A DNA stretch of 32,000 bases from Candidatus Electronema halotolerans (GCA_942493095.1 OW818675.1:2670001-2702000), one strand, 5' to 3'; shown: positions 16,701-23,605, counted from the stretch's first letter. Numbers and translations: made by a program. Notes: generated by a model not told the origin, from the letters alone.

Positions 16701-18476
16701 CTGCAAGGCATTGATCTGCGCGGCAAGTTTTTTGCCAGCCGCTTCAGCCTCCGCCTGCTGCTGCCGGGCCGTCCGCAGCAGCTTCTCCTGCGCTTGCGCT
16801 TGCTGCTGATACTGGGCCTGCTGCTGTTCCAGGGCAGCCTGTGTATTTTCCTTGTCCTTCTGGACAGCAGCCAGCTGCTGCTTCAGTTCGGCTAGCTGTC
16901 TGCCTTTTTCCACCGCTGTCTGCTGCAAGGCGTTGATCTGCGCAACAAGTTTCTTATCCGCTGCTTCAGTCTGCTTTAGCTTCTGCTGATACTGAGCCTG
17001 CTGCTGTTCCAGGGCAGCCTGTGTATTTTCCTTGTCCTTCTGGACAGCAGCCAGCTGCTGCTTCAATTCAGCCAGCTGTCTGCCTTTTTCCACCGCTGTC
17101 TGCTGCAAGGCATTGATCTGCGCAACAAGTTTCTTATCCGCTGCTTCAGTCTGCTTTAGCTTCTGCTGATACTGAGCCTGCTGCTGTTCCAGTGCAGCCT
17201 GTGTATTTTCCTTGTCCTTCTGGACAGCAGCCAGCCGCTGCTTCAATTCAGCCAGCTGTCTGCCTTTTTCCACTGCTGTCTGCTGCAAGGCGTTGATCTG
17301 CGCAACAAGCTTCTTGCCTGCGGCCTCTGCTTGCGCCTGCTCCTCCTGCAACGCCGCATGCAGAGCTGCTTTTCCTTCCTGTTCTGCCGCTATCTTTCCT
17401 TTCAAATCAGACAACTGCTTATTTTTTCCCGCAACCGTCCGCTGGAGGGCGCTGACCTGTTCAGCTAGCTGCTTGCCAGCTGCTTCCGCCTGCGCCTGCT
17501 GCTGCCGGGTCAGGTGCAGTATTTTTTCCTGCTCCTCAGCCTGCTGCTGCAACTGGGCAAGCTGCTCCTGGGCAGCGGCCAGCTTCTCCTCCTGCTCCTT
17601 GCCATAGCGCATCAAAGCCTCAGACTTGAGTTCGGCCCGATGCAGCTCCTCCTCTACAGCTATCCGTTCCTTTGCCGCCGCAGAAAGTTGCGCCTCGGTC
17701 TGCTGCACTTGGTGCTTGAGTTCAAAGAGACGACCCGCTTCCGCCGTGCTGCTTTGCTGGCGTTCCTCCCGCAGTTTGGCGAGCTGCTCTTCCGCCGCCT
17801 GCACAGCCTGCTTCTGTTCAGCAGTCTTCTGTTCAAAATAAGTTATTTTCGCCTGCAAGTCAGCCGCTGCCGCTTGCTTCTGCTCCAGCTGCTGCCGGGC
17901 TTTCTCCAGCTCCGCATTCAAGCTGTTTTTCGCCTGATTGAGCCGCGCCGCCTCAGCCTGCGAACGGGCCAGATTCGCCTCACTGGCTTTCAGCTTGTCC
18001 AAGAGCTGACGGCTGGCCGCATTTTCACCCTGACTGAGGGCATCAATCTTGTCGTCCGCCTGCACCAGCTTCTTCTGCAAGGTCTTGATTTCGGAATCAT
18101 AATCAGCCTGCATCTGCTGCCATTCAGCCGCGGCCTCCTCCTGCCGGGTCTTCTGGTCGGCAATCTGGGTCTCCAGTTCACTGATTCTGCCACGCAATTG
18201 CAGCGACCACGCTTGTCTCGCCGTTGTCTGATCCTCAGTCAGCTCCTTGCGCAGCCGCCGCACCTCAGCCTTGGCCGCTTCCACCTCCTGCGCAGCTTGC
18301 TGCACTTTCCGCTTGTATTCTTCAGCCTGATTTTGCGGATGGGCGATCACTTCCTGCTTGCTGGCAGCAAGTGCAGCAGTGCCTTTCTTCAGACTGTCAT
18401 TATACGTTGCAAGTGCGATGTACGACAAGGCGACAGCAGCGGCGGCGAGAAGAGCTTTGCGCTTTGTGAATTGCAT
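10791..18476 (-). CDS. giant (2,561 aa) repetitive coiled-coil protein with N-terminal signal/anchor, TSP3-like Ca-binding motif and C-terminal OmpA/MotB peptidoglycan-binding domain
   Basis: Uninterrupted 7,686-nt ORF. ATG 18476 has GGGAG 9 nt upstream. N-terminus MQFTKRKALLAAAAVALSYIALATY. More than 2,300 residues are dominated by A/Q/E/K/L. Near the C-terminus: DKDGDGVADGEDLCPE, then GVNFALGTAELTDEARKSL...VAGYTDSVGSPERNQVISQRRADAVRNFL...NRRVELHL (OmpA_C signature). All long plus-strand ORFs across it are Leu/Ser/Cys-rich mirror artefacts. Confidence 0.93.
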   Translation of the reverse strand: MQFTKRKALLAAAAVALSYIALATYNDSLKKGTAALAASKQEVIAHPQNQAEEYKRKVQQAAQEVEAAKAEVRRLRKELTEDQTTARQAWSLQLRGRISELETQIADQKTRQEEAAAEWQQMQADYDSEIKTLQKKLVQADDKIDALSQGENAASRQLLDKLKASEANLARSQAEAARLNQAKNSLNAELEKARQQLEQKQAAAADLQAKITYFEQKTAEQKQAVQAAEEQLAKLREERQQSSTAEAGRLFELKHQVQQTEAQLSAAAKERIAVEEELHRAELKSEALMRYGKEQEEKLAAAQEQLAQLQQQAEEQEKILHLTRQQQAQAEAAGKQLAEQVSALQRTVAGKNKQLSDLKGKIAAEQEGKAALHAALQEEQAQAEAAGKKLVAQINALQQTAVEKGRQLAELKQRLAAVQKDKENTQAALEQQQAQYQQKLKQTEAADKKLVAQINALQQTAVEKGRQLAELKQQLAAVQKDKENTQAALEQQQAQYQQKLKQTEAADKKLVAQINALQQTAVEKGRQLAELKQQLAAVQKDKENTQAALEQQQAQYQQQAQAQEKLLRTARQQQAEAEAAGKKLAAQINALQQAAAEKDKQLAGLKQQLAAAEKDKTDAQTALEEWQEELAAVQQQLAQEKQQLTQKISKLTDSLAQQKNQQNQTKQSLQEKIAQLQQAQQAAESRIFALNRQAGQTAAQLAADKETQASLEEARRKAELKAESLMSYGKEQEKKLAAAEKQLAELQKQAAEQDKLAEQINGLQQVAAAKDKQLADLKQQLAAAEKDKADAQDALEQRQDDLAAVQQKLELEKQQLTEEISKLTSSLAEGKGKQNQKKQTLQEEIAKLRQAQQAAESRIFELNRQAEQTAAQLAADKETQASLEEARRKAELKAESLASYGKEQEKKLATAEKQLTELQKQAAEQEKLLAEARQQQAVGKKLAEQINALQQVAAAKDKQLADLKQQLAAAEKDKADAQDALEQRQEDLAAVQQKLELEKQQLTEEINKLTSSLAEGKGKQNQKKQTLQEKIAKLRQAQQAAESRIFELNRQVEQTAAQLAADKDTQAALEEARRKAELKAESLASYGKEQEKKLATAEKQLAELQKQAAEQEKLLAEARQQQAVGKKLAEQINGLQQTAAAKDKQLADLKQQLAAAEKDKTDAQDALEQRQDDLAAVQQKLELEKQQLTEEINKLTSSLAEGKGKQNQKKQTLQEEIAKLRQAQQAAESRIFELNRQVEQTAAQLAADKDTQAALEEARRKAELKAESLASYGKEQEKKLATAEKQLAELQKQAAEQEKLLAEARQQQAVGKKLAEQINGLRQTAAAKDKQLADLKQQLAAAEKDKADAQDALEQRQEDLAAVQQKLELEKQQLTEEISKLTSSLAEGKGKQNQKKQTLQEEIAKLRQAQQAAESRIFELNRQAEQTAAQLAADKETQAALEEARRKAELKAESLASYGKEQEKKLAAAEKQLAELQKQAAEQEKLAEQINALQQTAAAKDKQLADLKQQLAAAEKDKTDAQDALEQRQEDLAAVQQKLELEKQQLTKEISKLTSSLAEGKGKQNQKKQTLQEEIAKLRQAQQAAESRIFELNRQVEQTAAQLAADKETQAALEEARRKAELKAESLASYGKEQGQKLAAAEKQLAELQKQAAEQEKLLAEAKQQQAAADAAGKKLTEQVSALQQTAAAKDKQLADLKQKLAAAEKGRADAQDALKQRQAELADLQQKLKQTSGEQHRLAGEVKKLTAQLDEQKKQAAESKSQADAAKTKIAELEKVLEQGAIAKAAAEKHAQEVSGKQQKLQSLLDERQLKLENQKSLLVASAVKIKELEQSLKAAQMKAEAMFSYGEKKEQEYAPSEQRIAELKGQIAERQANLEAAREQLDEAKAYGQDLVAQVTGLMQEKKVQEKEAEQLRQELQQKADAAAALEKQLAETKTALQTAEEGLAAAKEKERGLEQSLTGKDEVLTVLRAENEKLQTEIAAKKQQAAELTQKIADLTAAQEKLTGELETANNELAATTQQLEERSGQLADADAQAEDIKGKLTAADEKAAALESKAADMEQELDLARQQKQEAEKKLADLEAVHEKVQAAAEQVAALEAEVANLQPLKEQLAEAKKKNTDLEVQVADLQAVKDKLAEREAELAQAQKSQEQLAALQQEVAALKQSQAEKEAALEAQSVEMQTGADQLKAAQEKIAALAEELKTVKAKLTKSEAALAEAQKNQGQNTALQQELDSLKKTLAEKETALAKAQKQGKTAALQEELKTVQGKLAEAETALAAAQKKQQAQQEAGKDAAALQEEIDGLKKNLSAKETELTEAKENLRQEIEQLKTALDEKSAALEQAAAKMEQVTQSAEAAAVQEGDDSEQLKTELTESRKQIESLQAELNALKQQPVASQEQTDSPEQAAPAAQEPAADKDGDGVADGEDLCPETQNGATVNKMGCEESRAIVLSGVNFALGTAELTDEARKSLTTAAALIKQAAAEQKFEVAGYTDSVGSPERNQVISQRRADAVRNFLISQGIRRELMVSKGYGQDNPVADNSTREGRAKNRRVELHLLGE
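13260..16790 (-). repeat. in-frame tandem repeat array, about 6.5 units of 558 nt (186 aa) or 516 nt (172 aa), inside the giant gene
   Basis: The string cttg(c/t)tgatttcctcggtgagctgctgcttttccagctccagcttctgctggacagccgccaagtc recurs at about 13822, 14338, 14896, 15454 and 16012, with a diverged copy at about 16528. Spacings are 516, 558, 558, 558, 516. Central units differ by only a few nt per 100 by eye. The 516-nt form lacks 42 nt, coding LAEARQQQAVGKKL (or an equivalent 14-aa register). Confidence 0.9.
16800..17320 (-). repeat. in-frame tandem repeat, about 2.9 x 180 nt (60 aa), inside the giant gene
   Basis: ctgctgatactg(g/a)gcctgctgctgttccag(g/t)gcagcctgtgtattttccttgtccttctggacagcagccag recurs at 16803, 16983 and 17163. 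The protein repeat is KKLVAQINALQQTAVEKGRQLAELKQQLAAVQKDKENTQAALEQQQAQYQQKLKQTEAAD. Confidence 0.9.
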
Positions 18477-18517
18477 GTCAGAAAACTCCCAAATTGCGTT
18501 TGTGTTTTATTATTATG

Positions 18518-20446
18518 TCAGGCGGAACAGGCTGGTTTCAGGATCAGGACGGAGAGCGGCGGCAGAGTCAGCTCAAGGGAGCTGTCCAAGCCGTGCGACG
18601 GCTCCGGCAATGTGCTGATCAGGCCGTTGCTGATGCCGCCGCCCCAATACACGGCCAGATCGCTGTTGATCAGCTCCCGCCACTGCCCGCCCTTGGGCAT
18701 GCCGATACGGTAACGCTCCCGGACGACTGGGGTGAAATTGCACACCGTCACCAGAACATCGTCGGAATTTTTTCCCCGGCGGATGAAGGAGAAAACCGAG
18801 TTGTCGGAATCATTGGCATTGATCCACGAAAAACCCTGCCAGTCATAATCGTTTTCCCAGAGCGCAGGCTCGGCGCGATAGACGTGGTTCAGGTCGCGGA
18901 CAAAACGCTGCATGCCCTGATGATTTTCCGCCTGCAAGGCCGCCCATTCCAGTCCCCGGTCATGGTTCCATTCCTGCCACTGGCCGAAATCGCCGCCCAT
19001 GAAGAGCAGCTTCTTGCCCGGATAACTCCACATGAAGCCAAAATAAGCCCGCAGATTGGCAAACCGCTGCCAGTCGTCACCCGGCATCTTGCTGACCAAG
19101 GAACCTTTCAGATGCACCACCTCGTCATGCGACAGAGGCAGGATAAAGTTTTCATGAAAGGCATAGAGCATGCCAAAGGTCATCTCATTGTGATGAAACT
19201 TGCGGTGAATCGCCTCATGACTCATATAGGTGAGGGTGTCGTGCATCCAGCCCATGTTCCACTTCAGGCTGAAGCCCAGCCCGCCCAGCCACGTGGGCCG
19301 TGAAACCATAGGCCAGGAGGTGGATTCCTCGGCAATGGTCAGCACGCCGGGAAACAGGCCATGCAGCACCTCGTTGGCCTTGCGCAGGAAGCTGATTGCA
19401 GCCAGATTCTCCCGTCCGCCGTGCTCATTGGGCAGCCACTCGCCTTCCTTGCGGGAATAGTCAAGATAGAGCATTGAGGCGACCGCATCCACCCGCAGGC
19501 CGTCAATATGGTATTTGTCGATCCAGAACAGGGCGTTGGAAATCAGGAAGGAACGCACCTCGTTGCGGCCATAGTTGAAGATCATGGTGCCCCAGTCCTG
19601 ATGCTCACCCTGACGCGGGTCCGCATGGGCGTAAAGATGGGTGCCGTCAAAATAGTTAAGACCAGCCCCGTCTTTAGGGAAATGGGCAGGCACCCAGTCA
19701 AGAATCACGCCAATGCCGTGCTGGTGGCACTGATCGACAAAATACATGAAATCCTGCGGACTGCCAAAGCGGCTGGTCGGGGCGAAAAAGCCCAGCACCT
19801 GATAGCCCCAGGAGGCATCCAAGGGATGCTCGGCAATGGGCAGCAGTTCGATGTGGGTGTAACCCATTTCAACTATGTATGGAATCAGCTCCTCGGCCAG
19901 CTCCAGATAGGTCAGCCACGTTCCATCCTCTTTCCGCTTCCACGAGCTGAGATGCACCTCGTAGGTTGAAATCGGGCTGTTCAATGATTGCCGCTCGGCC
20001 CGCTGCGCCAGCCAGTTGGCATCGTTCCACTGGTAGCTGTCCAGATTGACCGCCACTGAGCCGGTGGAGGGGCGCAGCTCCATAGCAAAGCCGTAAGGGT
20101 CTGACTTGTCAAACTGCTCGTTCTGCTGGGTGATGAGCCGATACTTGTAAACCGTCTGTTCCTGGAGGCCGGGGATGAACAAACTCCATATCCCGGAATC
20201 GCTGGAGTGCATGACATGCTCCTGGCCGTCCCAGCTGTTGAACTCGCCGATCACGCTGACTTGGCGGGCATTGGGCGCCCAGACCGCAAAGACAATGCCT
20301 TCCTGGCCGGCAAAGGAGACGAGATGCGCTCCCATCTTTTCATAGGCCCGCTCGTGCGTGCCTTCACCGATCAAATATTTGTCAAAATCACTCAGCCAGT
20401 TCGCAGGAACCGGCTGGCCAGGATAGGAAAGAGATGATGTGCTCAT
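18518..20446 (-). CDS. glgB: 1,4-alpha-glucan branching enzyme (GH13)
   Basis: GH13 branching-enzyme strings [48 protein letters not shown]. The track start 20458 is GTG; ATG 20446 (MSTSSL...) is preferred, and either is possible. The stop lies 41 nt upstream of the giant gene ATG. Confidence 0.93.
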   Translation of the reverse strand: MSTSSLSYPGQPVPANWLSDFDKYLIGEGTHERAYEKMGAHLVSFAGQEGIVFAVWAPNARQVSVIGEFNSWDGQEHVMHSSDSGIWSLFIPGLQEQTVYKYRLITQQNEQFDKSDPYGFAMELRPSTGSVAVNLDSYQWNDANWLAQRAERQSLNSPISTYEVHLSSWKRKEDGTWLTYLELAEELIPYIVEMGYTHIELLPIAEHPLDASWGYQVLGFFAPTSRFGSPQDFMYFVDQCHQHGIGVILDWVPAHFPKDGAGLNYFDGTHLYAHADPRQGEHQDWGTMIFNYGRNEVRSFLISNALFWIDKYHIDGLRVDAVASMLYLDYSRKEGEWLPNEHGGRENLAAISFLRKANEVLHGLFPGVLTIAEESTSWPMVSRPTWLGGLGFSLKWNMGWMHDTLTYMSHEAIHRKFHHNEMTFGMLYAFHENFILPLSHDEVVHLKGSLVSKMPGDDWQRFANLRAYFGFMWSYPGKKLLFMGGDFGQWQEWNHDRGLEWAALQAENHQGMQRFVRDLNHVYRAEPALWENDYDWQGFSWINANDSDNSVFSFIRRGKNSDDVLVTVCNFTPVVRERYRIGMPKGGQWRELINSDLAVYWGGGISNGLISTLPEPSHGLDSSLELTLPPLSVLILKPACSA

Positions 20447-20970
20447 CAGACAGGACACCTTGGGGCTGAACGCGGCAGGGCAGGCGGAATAAGACTGCTG
20501 ACTGCCGCTGAAATGGATGATGGAAAAAAACTATCCAGATAAATATAGCTGTTCTGGCGCGGGCTGCAAGTGCTTTTATCCTGCGCGTTCACAGAACGCA
20601 GCTTTCTGTTGTAGCGTGGCGCAGGGTACTTGTCATGCTTTTTCTGTCACTGCCCCGCACTTTTACTGGCAGAGACGCAGGACTGCCTCAATCTGCTCCG
20701 GGCTGCATGCAGGCGATGGGCAGGATGCGGCGTGCTTTTTTTTCTTCATACCCCGAAGGGCTGGGAAAGGCAAGGGATACTCATTGACAGGCTGGCTTTA
20801 TTGGTGGTGTTTTGCAGAAAAATACCAATGGCATTTTTATCCAATTCATCGAACGCGGGTAATTGCCGATGAAATTGACAGGAGGAAGAAAATCAATGAA
20901 AAACTGTTGCGAAAGACTGCGTAATCTGTGGTGATGGCGAGCTGTGCCTGATCAATGAAATGCTCTGTGC

Positions 20971-21873
20971 TCACTTGCTCTTCTTCCGCTTCTGCGGAAC
21001 ATCCTTTTTGGCGCCGCTCTTTTTCCGCACCTGCGGCTCCTGCCGTTCAGCAGCCTCCGTCTCGCGCCACTGCTCCTCAGTCAGCGAGACCTCTGTGCCT
21101 TCCGGCGAGACTGCCAGCACTTTGCCCTGCATGGGCAGCACCCGCGTCACCCGATAGACCGTGCCGTCATGATTGAGCGACTGGCCGGGTTTGGGCATTT
21201 CCTTTTTTATCTCCCGGTAGCTCTCAAACTCATAGGTCAGGCAGCAGAGCAGGCGGTTGCAGACCCCGGAAATCTTGGCCGGATTGAGCGGCAGGTCTTG
21301 GGCCTTGGCCATCTTGATGGACACGGATTCAAAGTTGCGGAGAAAGGAGGCGCAGCACAGCTCCCTGCCGCAGGTGCCGAGGCCGCCAGTCATCTGGGTT
21401 TCGTGGCGCACGCCGATCTGCCGCATCTCCACTCTGGTGCGGAACTCCTGCACCAAGTCCTTGACTAACTCGCGGAAGTCAACCCGGTTTTCAGCAGTGA
21501 AGTAAAAGATGACCTTGGAGCCGTTGAAATAGCACTCCGCCCCCACCAAGTGCATGGGCAGGGCCAAGGCCTTGATCCGCTCCTTGCAGAAGGCGGAAGC
21601 GGCCCGCTCACGGGCAGGCAGTTGCGCGTACCGCTCCTGCTCATCGCTGTAGGCGCGGCGGCTGATCTCGCAGGCGCAGGCTTCGGCCTTGTCCGGGGCC
21701 ACTGTCCGGCAGACGATCACCGCAGGCTCATGTCTGTCCTCTTCCCGGAGCATCACGGTCTCGCCCGGCATGAGATCAGCAATAATGCTGCGGGCAAGGT
21801 GCTCCCGTCCCAGCGGACGGCGGCGGATTCGGCAGTATTGCACTCCCCTGTCTTCTGCTGCGCCTTCTGTCAT
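20971..21873 (-). CDS. PSP1 domain protein (YaaT/RicT-like)
   Basis: 300-aa ORF. PSP1 C-terminal domain string FYFTAENRVDFRELVKDLVQEFRTRVEMRQIGVRHETQMTGGLGTCGRELCCASFL...GVCNRLLCCLTYE. Lies directly downstream of holB, the conserved holB-yaaT pairing. Lys-rich tail. Confidence 0.85.
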   Translation of the reverse strand: MTEGAAEDRGVQYCRIRRRPLGREHLARSIIADLMPGETVMLREEDRHEPAVIVCRTVAPDKAEACACEISRRAYSDEQERYAQLPARERAASAFCKERIKALALPMHLVGAECYFNGSKVIFYFTAENRVDFRELVKDLVQEFRTRVEMRQIGVRHETQMTGGLGTCGRELCCASFLRNFESVSIKMAKAQDLPLNPAKISGVCNRLLCCLTYEFESYREIKKEMPKPGQSLNHDGTVYRVTRVLPMQGKVLAVSPEGTEVSLTEEQWRETEAAERQEPQVRKKSGAKKDVPQKRKKSK

Positions 21874-21913
21874 GAATATATATCAGGCCGGAATCCGGCA
21901 AAAAGTCATAAAA

Positions 21914-22897
21914 TCACTGCGTTTCCCGCCCGCAGAACAGGTCCAGGAGCAGCACCTCGCAAACCAAGGCGCGGCTGCAATTTCTCGCCAGATCGCTGCG
22001 GGCGGCCTCAACCGCACTCACCATAGCAGAAAGCTGCGGCAAATTCCAGCCTTCTCTTGCCGCAAGGACATGATCTGCGGACAGTGCTCTGTGGCAGAGG
22101 ATGCTGGTCATGGCTTCCTTGAAAAACAGGGCCAGCAAATCAAGAAAAAGATGCAGCTCATCCTTGAGTTCCGCCAGCCGCTGGGCCAGGTCAAGGGCCT
22201 GCTCCACAGCCTCGGCCTGGCTCATCTGTTCTTTCAGGGCGGCGAGGCATTCCTGATGCAGCTCCAAAACTTCGCTGCTGTGCAAGGCACCGGTGCGGCC
22301 CGGACAGCCGCCAGTGAGCTTGGCCATAGTCCGCACCTCGTCATGACTCAGTTGAGGATGCGTCTGCTGGATGACCTGCGCTGTCTGTTCCTCAGTCAGC
22401 GGGCCAAAGGGAATGACTTGGCAGCGGGAAATGATGGTGTCCAAGAGCGGCTCCGCGTCTGAGGCGACGAGCAGGAGCAGGTTGTCCGGCGGCGGCTCCT
22501 CCAGCAGCTTGAGCAGGCTGTTGGCTGCCTCCCGGCCCATTGTCTGGGTCTCCTCAATGATCACCACCCGCATTCCCCGCTCAAAGGGCGGAAAATGGAG
22601 AGCCTTTTTCAGCTCCCGGACTTGATTGATCTTGATGCCCGCGCCTTCAGGCTGGAGCTGGAGGAAATCAGGATGACTGCCTGCGGCAACCTTGCGGCAG
22701 CCGGGACAGCAGCCGCAGGGCGGGCCGTCGCCTTTGTCGTGACAGAGCAGCTTGGCAGCCAAGGCGCGGGCCGTGCTGCGTTTGCCCACCCCTTCCGGGC
22801 CGGTGAACAGGTAGCCGTGCGCCAGCCTGCCGCCAGCAAGGGCGCGGCAAAGCAGGTTCAAGGCCTTGGGCTGGCCAATGATGTGCGAAAAGGGCAT
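21914..22897 (-). CDS. holB: DNA polymerase III subunit delta' (clamp-loader AAA+)
   Basis: HGYLFTGPEGVGKRS (P-loop), Zn module CGCCPGCRKV, VVIIEE, SRC motif IISRCQVIPF. The track start 22924 is TTG; ATG 22897 (MPFSHIIGQ...) fits the usual HolB N-terminus. Confidence 0.88.
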   Translation of the reverse strand: MPFSHIIGQPKALNLLCRALAGGRLAHGYLFTGPEGVGKRSTARALAAKLLCHDKGDGPPCGCCPGCRKVAAGSHPDFLQLQPEGAGIKINQVRELKKALHFPPFERGMRVVIIEETQTMGREAANSLLKLLEEPPPDNLLLLVASDAEPLLDTIISRCQVIPFGPLTEEQTAQVIQQTHPQLSHDEVRTMAKLTGGCPGRTGALHSSEVLELHQECLAALKEQMSQAEAVEQALDLAQRLAELKDELHLFLDLLALFFKEAMTSILCHRALSADHVLAAREGWNLPQLSAMVSAVEAARSDLARNCSRALVCEVLLLDLFCGRETQ

Positions 22898-23068
22898 CTG
22901 GAACGCAATCGTTATCTTTCTCAAACCTGTTCAGGCAAAGAGGGAGCAAAGCCGGAAGGTCGGTTTGCGTTGATCTGAAACTGTATGCGGCAGCGTGCAG
23001 GAATGCAATGATTTTCTTGGGCAGGGCTGAAGCATTTCGGAAACCCAGCTTGCAGCCATCCCTGCACC

Positions 23069-23252
23069 ATACTGGTATGCAGCCGCACTGCACAGTGGTG
23101 ATCACGCGCTCCCGACACCAGTGAGGAGCCACGCCGCACACCAGTGATGTCCGTGCCCCGACACTGGTGTGCAGCCGTTATCGATACTGGTGTCGAGCCT
23201 GCCTGCACACTGGTGATCACGCGCTCTCGACACCAGTGTCGAGCTGAAAGAA
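23069..23252. repeat. array of eight exactly phased 23-bp repeats, each with a 10-bp near-palindromic core AYACYRGTGW (iteron/operator-like; adjacent inverted cores can form 3 hairpins)
   Basis: Read directly. The 23-mers start at 23069, 23092, 23115, 23138, 23161, 23184, 23207 and 23230. Cores: ATACTGGTAT, ACAGTGGTGA, ACACCAGTGA, ACACCAGTGA, ACACTGGTGT, ATACTGGTGT, ACACTGGTGA, ACACCAGTGT. The 13-nt GC-rich spacers partly pair up: R2/R7 tcacgcgctc(c/t)cg, R1/R5 gcagccg..., R6/R8 cgagc... Confidence 0.8.
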
Positions 23253-23392
23253 AACCCCATGCTGCCGCATAGGTCATTTTCAGGCGCAAGGATAATCAGA
23301 CGAGACGGCGCAGAGCCTGTCAAGGAGTCTTCGGACGGCTTTTTTGCATGAGCAAAAAAGTGGCGGCAGGGTGATGGCTGAAGAAATGCGCT

Positions 23393-23469
23393 TGGTGCGC
23401 CCGGAGGGATTTGAACCCCCAACCCTCGGATTCGAAGTCCGATGCTCTATCCAGTTGAGCTACGGGCGC
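23393..23469 (-). tRNA. tRNA-Arg (anticodon TCG), CCA encoded
   Basis: Reverse complement GCGCCCGTAGCTCAACTGGATAGAGCATCGGACTTCGAATCCGAGGGTTGGGGGTTCAAATCCCTCCGGGCGCACCA folds as a cloverleaf. 7-bp acceptor stem GCGCCCG/CGGGCGC; anticodon stem TCGGA/TCCGA; loop CTTCGAA. Confidence 0.93.
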
Positions 23470-23489
23470 ATGGCGGGGAGACTGAACGC

Positions 23490-23518
23490 AATATAGCGCA
23501 TTCCAAGCAGCGTGGAAA
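23490..23518 (-). promoter_or_regulatory. candidate sigma70-type promoter for tRNA-Arg
   Basis: Minus strand TTTCCA-N17-TATATT. The -10 element ends 20 nt before the tRNA 5' end. Sequence match only. Confidence 0.35.
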
Positions 23519-23605
23519 GTTTTTTCCGCCTTGGGAGCCGCAATCAGACACGCTTCCTGCCAAGGCAGCAGGAAGCCGGATGCAATCGCCTTGGCTGACG
23601 GCTTG

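Noticed and set aside
13398-16895. 1,165-aa plus-strand ORF, with similar ones at 10239-11666, 11673-12152, 12973-13590, 17514-18713 and the many 60-130-aa ORFs on both strands across 10.8-18.5 kb
   Set aside because: All lie inside the 2,561-aa minus-strand gene, which has recognisable domains. Their products are Leu/Ser/Cys/Arg-rich low-complexity mirror translations of a repetitive stop-poor sequence. No RBS or domain signal.
13260-17320. Possibility that the regular repeats are a CRISPR array
   Set aside because: Units are 180-558 nt, contiguous with no unique spacers, and maintain one long reading frame. No cas genes are present. The 23-bp array at 23069-23252 was also considered. Its 10-bp cores and 13-nt partly repeated spacers are far too short for CRISPR.
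18494-19303. 269-aa plus-strand ORF (and 19508-19969) antisense to glgB
   Set aside because: They sit inside the well-supported GH13 branching-enzyme gene and show no motifs of their own.
20517-20924. 135-aa plus-strand ORF in the glgB upstream gap
   Set aside because: No SD. The composition is odd (Cys/Trp/Phe-rich) and spans homopolymer runs, and it lies antisense to the likely glgB leader. I treat it as non-coding, with moderate certainty.
23315-23360. Possible terminators downstream of tRNA-Arg: GCC(t)GTC...GACGGC + T6 on the plus strand, and the A/T-only inverted repeat CTTTTTTGC-atga-GCAAAAAAG
   Set aside because: The first has only a 6-bp bulged stem and no plus-strand gene to terminate. 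The second is an A/T stem with no trailing U-tract on the tRNA strand. Too weak to call. They are kept in mind only as a possible 3' end if the repeat array is transcribed.
22668-23422. Minus-strand ORFs 22668-23141, 22921-23289 and 23102-23422 in the holB/tRNA-Arg spacer
   Set aside because: They overlap each other, holB and even the tRNA-Arg gene. Their internal amino-acid periodicity merely reflects the 23-bp DNA repeat array. No RBS.
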